Of a stretch of 64,000 bases of DNA, positions 53,100 to 64,000 are shown in pieces. How positions within the stretch are numbered: the stretch's first letter is position 1; each line of letters opens with the position of its first letter. The notes beneath the pieces were generated by a model. That model made no database searches. It saw only the letters and a program-made list of their open reading frames with translations, and was not told the origin of the DNA. The stretch is from Eledone cirrhosa. Taxonomy: Eukaryota. A program made the translations under genes and the position numbers. Location: assembly GCA_964016885.1 (NCBI GenBank), contig OZ024742.1, forward strand, positions 359,414,001 to 359,478,000. The letters are read 5' to 3'.

Positions 53100-56000
53100 A
53101 ATCACCAGTGGTTATGTAACCATACATTCACCAATCCTTGATAAGAGTGTTTAAATGTCGAACCTAAACAGTTCGAATAACGGTGAAGTGGAGACTAGAA
53201 TGTCATGTGACAGACTCTCACCCAGCAGGTGCTCCCTGGCTGTCAACCAAATACTTCTGGTGTCGGAGGAAGAAGAAGAAGGAAAGGGACCAGAACCAAC
53301 TGGACGAAAGAATTGAATAGAACTGTTATGCAATGTTACCTGAAGAGTAACCCCAAGGAAAAAGGCTATAGGAAACGGATGCATAACATCTGGAACGAAA
53401 TTGGTCTATTTAAATTAGATGAACAAAAATTGGCCGGGCAGGCTCGGATAATAAGAACTAATGGGTGGATAAGCGAGCTGGAACTGGAGGAACTGAGCAG
53501 AGAGATTAGGTTGGAAATGGAAAGTGGAGTATGCCAGGCAAACGAGCCAGTGGGAAATGAAGGTGAAGAGGTTGAGAGAACGGATGAACCATCCGAAGCA
53601 GACAATGATCTGAATGCTGAAATAAATAATACCTGGAACAAAGATACGGCCATTGAGGAAATGAATGCTGACGGGCTAGGACAAGATTTGGTTGATATCC
53701 TAAACTTAGTGGTAGATGAAATGAACAATGATAGTGGGAAACCTATAAACCTAAGATTTGTAGACAGGAAAAAGTTAAAAGAAACAACAGCTAAGGTAAA
53801 CAAGGTCATCCCATACCTTGAGGCGAGGAGCCTTCACCAGTGCAACAATATCCTCAAAGTAACAGCAAATGCGGTAAGAAAATTACTTGGCATAAAAGCG
53901 AGAGGAAACAACAAACAAGAAAGATCAGAACCTTGGTGGAAGAAACGACTGAATGGTCAAATCAGGGAAATGAGAAATGACATTGGAAAGCTTGAGTCCC
54001 TACTGAATGGGACACTGAAAAACATAGACTGGAAATAAAGTACAAAACTAGGAGGAAAAGGCTAAATATTATCATAGAGGAACTGAAGCAACGCATTGTA
54101 GCAAAGAGTGCAAAAATTAGGCGATACGAGAGCAGAGTCAGTCAGTATAGACAGAACCGCATGTTTGACAACAACCAGAAGATGTTGTTTGGACTGCTTG
54201 AAGGGAAAGAAAGAGGCAACGACTTGATCCCTGAGGCGGAACAAACTAAGACATTCTGGAGAGGAATATGGGAGCAGGATGTTAAAGATAATGACCAGGC
54301 AGTGTGGATTGAGACAGTACAAAAGGAGATTAGTGAACAGGCACACCAACAAACTGATTTGAGTGTCACAGTTGAAACTCTCAAGAGGCAGGCCAAAAGA
54401 CTAACCAACTGGAAATCACCAAGCCCAGATGGTGTGCAGGGGTATTGGATTAAAAATGTAACATCCCTCCACCCGAAACTGACAACCATGTTCAATGACT
54501 GCTTGATGTCAGGTGAGGTACCAGAGTGGTTGACAAAAGGTACCACAGTTCTGGTAATGAAAGACCGAATCAAGGGTAATGATGTTACCAACTATAGACC
54601 TATCACATGTCTGTCCGTAATGTGGAAACTGTTGACAAGCATTATGTCTGAGGAAATCTACCATCACCTCCACACAAACAACTTGTTACCGGACGAATAG
54701 AAAGGATGCCGAAAGATGTCCCGTGGTACAAAGGACCAGTTACTTATTGATAAGATGGTAATGAGGAATTGCAAGAGGAGACACACTGGTCTTGCCATGT
54801 GATGGATAGACTACAAAAAGGCATTTGACATGGTGCCTCATTCTTGGATCACCAAAAGCCTAGAGATCTTCAAGGTGGCAGATAACATCAGACAGTTATT
54901 GAGCAAAAGCATGAAGTCCTGGAAAACAGTTTATCATCAGCTGGAGAATCCTTGGGAGGCGTGAAGATCAAGAGAGGTATCTTCCTGGGAGATAATCTGT
55001 CCCCTCTGTTGTTTGTCCTTGCCCTGATGCCCCTGACCATTATACTGCGAAAAGTGAGAGCAGGATACAAGTTGGGAAAGGGAGAGCTTACCATCAATCA
55101 CCTCCTTTTCATGGACGATCTTAAGCTCTTCCGGAAGAGTGAGATGGAGTTGGATGTGCTTGTTGACACTGTCCGTATTTTCAGCAATGATATATGTATG
55201 CAATTTGGTATTAGTAAGTGTGGATTCCTTGTTATAAAGAGGGGTAAATTGAGCAGAAGCAACGGAATCCAGGTACCAACAGGTGAGATGATAAAGGAAA
55301 TTGACACTGAAGAAGGATACAAGTATTTGGGTATTCTGAAGGCTGATGACATCAAAAAATTGAAGGAATTGATAATATCTGAATACATTCGGAGAGTAAG
55401 GAGCGTATTAAAGTCACATCTGAACAGTAGGAATGACATAAATGCAGTAAATTCCCGAGCTGTATCTATTATTAGGTACAGTGCGGGAATTCTGAGATGG
55501 AATGTTGCTGAACAAAAAGAAATGGATAGGAAGACTAGGAAGCTATTGACTATCTACATGTTCCACAAGAGGAGTGATGTCGATAGACTCTACCTAAGGA
55601 GATCTGAAGGTGGAAGACGTCTTAACAGCATAGAGGACTGTGTTCAGATGGAGAAAAACAACCTATACAAATACGTGACCGATAGTAAGGTGCCAATGCT
55701 CAGAATTGTACTGAAGGCGGAACAATAGACCAGGGGATGTCCAAGGAGGAAATAACAACGAGAAGAAAGAGCAACCTTCATGAAAAATCCCTTCATAGTA
55801 CCTTCTTTGAGAAAACGGAATTCAGAGATCCACAGACATGGAACTGGTTGAGAAGAGGAGACCTTAAAAAGGCCACAGAAGGAATGCTAATGGGTGCGCA
55901 AGAGCAGGCACTCAAAACGAAGTGGCTGAAACACCATATTTACAAGGAGGAGGCTAGCCCACTGTGCAGGATCTGTGGAGAGAGAGAGGAGACTGTACAT

Positions 56001-56623
56001 CACATTGTATCCGAGTGTAAACACCTAGCCCAGACTCACTATAAAGGCTGGAGACATGATGTGATGGACAGGGTGATCCACTGGCACCTATGCAAAGTAA
56101 ACAATTTACCACATTCTGAGAAGTGGTATGAGCATAACCCAGAGTCGGTGATAGAAAACGATCAGGTGAAGGTGCTATGGGATTTTAGGCTACAGACGGA
56201 CAAGAAACTGGAACACAATAGACCTGACCTGGTGGTTTTTGACAAGGAAAAAGATCGTGCCTGATTGTGGATGTGGCCTGCCCATTCGACACGAGAGTGC
56301 AAGAGAAGGAGAGGGAGAAAATTAACCGATACCAGGACTTAAAGTGGGAGGTAAAAAGGATTTGGAACTGCCATGAAGTCAAAGTGGTCCCGATTGTCAT
56401 AGGCGCTCTAGGTACAATCTCAAAGAGTTTCCAAAGATGGTTAAAGAAAATTGGCCTCGCCCCGCTTTTTGGAACACTTCAAAAGGCATGCTTGCTGGGA
56501 ACAGCAAGAACTCTCCGATACGTCCTGAATATCTGAGGCTGCAGGTAGTGGCTTGATATTCATTTCAACAAACTTTCCAGTTAACTAACATCAATGACTG
56601 AGACTCAAAGAATACTAATAATA
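53100..56623 (+). mobile_element. R4/Dong-like RLE non-LTR retrotransposon, near full-length, degenerate
   Basis: Fragments 53229-56536 with NWKSPSPDGV, NYRPITCL, LFMDDLKL, CRICG..EETVHHIVSEC and the RLE motif HNRPDL..DVACPFD..EK..Y; ends TAATAATA then (GAA)n(CAA)n. 5' boundary approximate. Confidence 0.9.
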
Positions 56624-56657
56624 GAAGAAGAAGAAGAAGAAGAAGAAGAAGAAGAAG

Positions 56658-56707
<50 letters not shown>

Positions 56708-56765
56708 CTTCAGGTACACACTAAACTAAAGAGACATTTCTAACTTCGTTTAAGATACAAGTAAA

Positions 56766-56861
<96 letters not shown>
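56624..56861. repeat. (GAA)n, (CAA)n and (GT)n microsatellites
   Basis: Direct read. Confidence 0.95.
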
Positions 56862-56864
<3 letters not shown>

Positions 56865-57568
56865 AAGTTAAACAGTGTTTGATTAATCATATAAATGCTG
56901 ATATGTAAAGCTGTATTTTAGTTTCAACTCAAATCAAAGAACTATTAAACATGTGTATGTAACTATAATTTGTTGACCAGTTTCTAAGTAAGAAGGTTGT
57001 TTAGAGGCATTAAGTATTAAAATAATTAGACATTACTAGAGTCGATATTGTATCGTTGCCGATCGAATTCTGAGAAAACTAAGTAATACGTTATAAGTAT
57101 GTAAACACACGTAGACTTGTTGTAATGTCTGGTTTAGATTAGATATTTTTGCAAGAGTAGCTGATTATGAACTAAGCTAACGTAATTTCTAGTCTCCTTA
57201 AAATCTCTTCACACCTGAGTTAGTTCTCATTCAATTAGGCAAACTTCCGTTTCGTGTAGTGTGCTGTAAAAACAAAACAAACCCCACAACCCTTCCCTCC
57301 CACAACTCTTCCCGCCCAAAAGCAAAAAAAAAACGAAAAGAAAGACGTAGACAGAATAACGATGCTTTACTGTAGCCAATATATGGAATAATGCAATACT
57401 ACACAGTGTTTACACAGCATGTCTGTCGATACAACAATTGTTCTTGGTATGCTGAACTAACTGTTGTGTAACCACTTCTATCTAACTCATCCCATGGACT
57501 GAGTGCTCTACCACTACGGATATTACCTTCCAGTGTTCCACCACTATATATATATATATATATATATA

Positions 57569-57634
<66 letters not shown>

Positions 57635-57677
57635 AAAAAGATGAGTATATATATATACATACGTATATATATATACA

Positions 57678-57808
<131 letters not shown>

Positions 57809-57855
57809 GACGTAAATAAGAAAGTTATGAAAATTGACTTACTTACTAAAATTTC

Positions 57856-57934
57856 ACTCCAACTAATTAGTTTCTGTAAAGGGATAAATACAGTTATGTA
57901 ATACCTGTAGAGAAGCCTTACGTTATCAGGGAGT
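57856..57934 (-). ncRNA. Hammerhead motif, inverted copy with G8A (CTGATAA)
   Basis: Reverse complement of 58444-58522 with a core substitution. Confidence 0.6.
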
Positions 57935-58443
57935 CTATTCTCAGCTAAGCCACCAGGCAATGCGTGGACGGGACACTGGAAGCTTATATAACAATAATTC
58001 AGTGGATGGAAAAAAGCGAAAAAATCGAGCGGGGCTAGATTCTAAGCACTGAAAGATTCGCTGCCTCCTTGGTCAAGTGGCAAATTCAAAAGAATTAATC
58101 ACGTGACACTGAGGTTAACCACCTTGGAGTGGGGGTGCTATTAAGACAGAGCCTAGCCACTACTATCAGTCACAGTAGTAATTTGGCAAATTTTGCTCAA
58201 CAAATAATTTGGAGAAGAATATAAAGAATTAATATATCTACCGACATATGTATACAGATGCATACCTACGCTAGCAGATATATATGTTTTGTCTTAGTAA
58301 CTTTGTAGTTCTATGCAGGGGAATGCAGAACAATTATATGAAAGACGTAAATAAGAAAGTTATGAAAATTGATATTAAAACTGAATTATTGTTATATAAG
58401 CTTCCAGTGTCCCTGCATTGCCTGGTGGCTTAGCTGAGAATAG

Positions 58444-58522
58444 ACTCCCTGATGACGTAAGGTTTCTCTACAGGTATTACATAACTGTATTTATCCCCTT
58501 ACAGAAACTAATTAGTTGGAGT
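58444..58522 (+). ncRNA. Type I hammerhead ribozyme
   Basis: ACTCC-CTGATGA-cGTAAGG...CCTTACa-GAAA-CTAATTAG-TT-GGAGT; palindromic stem III; GUU site. Confidence 0.82.
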
Positions 58523-58686
58523 GAAAATTTAGTAAGTAAGTCAATTTTCATAACTTTCTTATTTACGTCTTTCATATAATTGTTCTGCATTCCCCTGCAT
58601 AGAACTACAAAGTTACTAAGACAAAACATATATATCTGCTAGCGTAGGTATGCATCTGTATACATATGTCGGTAGATATATTAATT

Positions 58687-58803
<117 letters not shown>

Positions 58804-59310
58804 TGGAAGCTTAGTAAAATCGTAGCTTTGACTGTGGACAAACAAAGTCGACCTACATTAGGAATGAGTTAGCAAACCACTGAATAAGGGTAGGTCCTTA
58901 GAGTAATAACATACGTTTAAATAGCTTGACAAATTGAACATTGCATATAAACAAGAAGTGTAATTAAACTGGGTAAAATTTCTCTAAGGAACTGACTAAC
59001 ACCACACTCTGGATCTGGGCATATCAATGGATTAACACGGTAAAATCTATTACAACATTATGTTTTCCTGTTTTTTTCTGTTCAAGTTCTTACTGCCTGG
59101 TGAAATCATAGCTGTTGAATAATGGCTATCACTGAAATATATATAGCAGCGAATATGAATAAACGAAGCTAATTTTCCCCTGTTGACTTACACCTCTTGT
59201 TTTGATATTACTCCGGAGTAAACAGACCAGCCTGCGAACTTCGTTGAGTGCTCCAACCTGCATACTGAGATATCGGTAAACAACCAACACATACTCAAAA
59301 TTATATATAT

Positions 59311-59405
<95 letters not shown>

Positions 59406-60068
59406 TTAGTTGGTAGTGGAGGATACTCGTTCAGGCGTCACTTTCACAGATGTATTGAGTGTCTCTTTAACTGGTGTATTTACTGAGTCGTAAAGGTACC
59501 TTTTGAATATTTCATTTCCTATAATGTATATCGGGTAAGAAAGCTGAATCCCTTCTCACACACAGCTAGATATATTTAACGATGTTACTTATCACTGCAA
59601 GGTAACAAAACATTTATATAACTCCAGAGATACAGAACACTGAAACGACCGTATAAACATTATTAATCTCTATTACGGTGTACTCCTTCACCTGACCACA
59701 AATAAGCTATATTGATAATTGATAGTTTTCCGAAATACATAGGGAAAATTAAATGTTACTAAAGTAACATAATCTCACGTTTCCGTTCTGTTTTTAATTT
59801 TTCTTATTTTCGTTCATTCTTATTGTACTTATTCAACTTTATAACTTCAATATTTACAACACCGTCTGCATTGTTGTGGCTTCCACTTTATATGTCTATC
59901 TACCAACAAACCTATCTATTTATCTATCTATCCATTCATCCATCCATTCTTCAATTCCTCCACCCACTCACCAATCTACCAACATATCTATATATTTATC
60001 TATATATATAAACATTTTTTCCAATACCAACCCGCCCGTCCCTTCAATCTATCTTATTTCTCATTCTT

Positions 60069-60104
60069 TCTTCTGATGAAGGACTAGCATCCGAAACGTT
60101 AAGA
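60069..60104 (+). ncRNA. Minimal type I hammerhead ribozyme
   Basis: TCTT-CTGATGA-aGGA ctagca TCC-GAAA-CG-TT-AAGA; palindromic AACGTT. Confidence 0.65.
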
Positions 60105-60204
60105 CCTCCTTCCTGCTATTTCAAGTGTTAACCTAATGCATTCCTTCCATATACTGTACCGATTGTGTTCTTATTTATTTCTGTTTACCTTTTACATACA
60201 GACA

Positions 60205-60988
60205 TACATATATCACGATAAATTAACGGAGCCATAGACTCTCGTTATTCCCTGTCAATAATGTGCTCAAAGGAAAAGGAATCCTGAGCTCTTTAAAATA
60301 CAATATGTTGAAAAGGTAACACACTAGAGAGAGATAGTGCGCCATCAATAAAACAGGGAAAACCACAAGTGTATGGAATCTATAATCCATGGAAGGCAGA
60401 GTAGACACACAATAATTAAAAATATAAATTAAAATGTGTTACCTTTTCAACATATTGTATTTTAAAGAGCTCAGGATTCTTTCCCTTTGAGCACATTATT
60501 GACAGGGAATAACGAGTCTATGGCTCCGTTAATTTATCGTGATATTTCACTCCTTATAACAGTCTTTCCTCTCTCTCTGTTTGGTTGAGCACACTTCTTT
60601 GAGTGGTTTTTGGGCTGCACTTTCTAGCAGCTCGTCCCTCAGATACCACTGGTTCACTGCCCTAAACACGCTGTGACAACTCTCTCCCATGTGTAGCTGG
60701 ACGGTCGCTTTAGAGTTGTTTGAAATGTATAGGCTTACACACGCTGATGAACCATGGGCTATTTCATTTCAGTCAACAACTTCCTGGCGAAACAGATCTT
60801 TTTGAATTTGTACGCGTGTGTTATATAGTTATAGAGGTGCGTATATCATTTTAATTTATATTTTTAATTATTGTATGTCTACCCTGCCTTCCATGGATTA
60901 TAGATTCCATACACTGGTGGGTTTTCCCTGTTTTATTAGTGGCGCACTATCTCTATCTAGTGTGTTACCTTTTCAACATATTGTATTT

Positions 60989-60990
<2 letters not shown>
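60205..60990. mobile_element. Foldback hammerhead element ending in (TA)n
   Basis: 60210-60322 is inverted at 60436-60545; 60295-60435 is inverted at 60849-60990. Confidence 0.75.
60736..60820 (+). ncRNA. Type I hammerhead ribozyme with a conventional stem III
   Basis: TACACACG-CTGATGA-aCCA..TGGc-GAAA-CAGAT ctttttga ATTTG-TA-CGCGTGTG. Confidence 0.72.
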
Positions 60991-61048
<58 letters not shown>

Positions 61049-61237
61049 GATAAATCTACCAAAGATTTACGGTAGTGTAAAATCCGTATGAAGAACTCAA
61101 TGTAATCCGGATATCATGAAAAGAGAAGATGCATTCAAAAACTATTTTCGGTGAAAAATAACGGAAAACAGAGTCAAGATAAATTAATAAAGTAATGAAT
61201 AAACAAAGAAACAGTTCCTTATATTAAAAAAATTCTT

Positions 61238-61371
61238 CATTTTACGATCGTTTCTAGGATATATATGTGTTAGTGTTGGTATGCATATTCTATAGATCTA
61301 TGTAAAATATTTATACAAACTATCAGAGGGAATATACATACCTACACATATATATGCTGTCTTCAGAAATA
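61238..61371 (-). ncRNA. Type I hammerhead with a ~105-nt stem II insertion
   Basis: TATTT-CTGAAGA-cagCATATATATGTG...CACATATATATccta-GAAA-CGATCG-TA-AAATG. Confidence 0.65.
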
Positions 61372-61815
61372 ATGATATTTGTTTATTGAAAAAAACAAAG
61401 ATTTAATACAATAGGTCTGTTTGGGAACAGGTTTTGAATTGACCAATAGAAAGATAGTGAAGGTCAAGATAGTAATATAGTAGTAAAAGAACCTTAATTT
61501 GTGGGTAGAGGAAGGTAGATTTCAGTTTTGGATGGAAAAGAATATTATGAATGAAAGATTATTTTAGGGATGAAAATAGGTCGTATGCTGACCTCAGAAA
61601 TAATTATATTTGTTCATTGAATAAAATCAACAAAGATTTGATATAGTCTGTCTGTTTGGTAACAGGTTTAGAATTAACCAATAGAAAGTTAATAATTGGC
61701 CAAGTGGTAAAATAGTAGTAATTGAAGTTTATTTTAGGGGTAGAAGAAGGCAGATTTCAGTTTTGAATGGGGTGTGAAGAATGAGAAGGTTATTTTAGGG
61801 GTGAAAATAGGTCAG
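61364..61815. repeat. Diverged two-unit tandem repeat, ~230 bp
   Basis: CAGAAATAAT..AACAAAGATTT..GTCTGTTTGG.AACAGGTTT..GAAAATAGGTC occurs twice. Confidence 0.7.
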
Positions 61816-61918
61816 GTCAGTAAAAGGTATACGAACAGTTGCTGTTATAAAATAGTAATGCCAATGCAAATATCTAGGGAGACTAAAATGTTACTATAAG
61901 AGTGTTAGTGAAGAAAAT

Positions 61919-63993
<2,075 letters not shown>

Positions 63994-64000
63994 GATTTAT

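Overview
AT-rich eukaryotic (animal) genomic DNA made almost entirely of repeats, with no recognisable host gene. The repeat mix suggests a mollusc, possibly an octopus (inference only). About 60% is non-LTR retrotransposon. There are 8 Tx1/L1-clade copies (ORF1 with one CCHC knuckle; ORF2 APE-RT-zinc finger), most in two head-to-tail arrays joined by (TTA)n or (ATCT)n microsatellites, plus 2 R4/Dong-like RLE elements. The rest holds a tRNA-derived SINE family (~11 copies), a Penelope-like GIY-YIG fragment inside a 2-kb palindrome, and many small foldback or direct-repeat elements, mostly next to (TA)n. Two signals stand out. (1) In all six Tx1 ORF1/ORF2 junctions a splice donor-like GT overlaps the ORF1 stop and is followed by a pyrimidine tract and an in-phase AG, predicting a 37-58 nt mini-intron that would fuse ORF1 to ORF2 (clean in five copies, ambiguous in one). 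(2) About 13 type I hammerhead ribozyme motifs from ~9 sequence families sit in the small non-coding elements, including a U3-A8 covariant core. All calls were made by eye and none was computationally verified.
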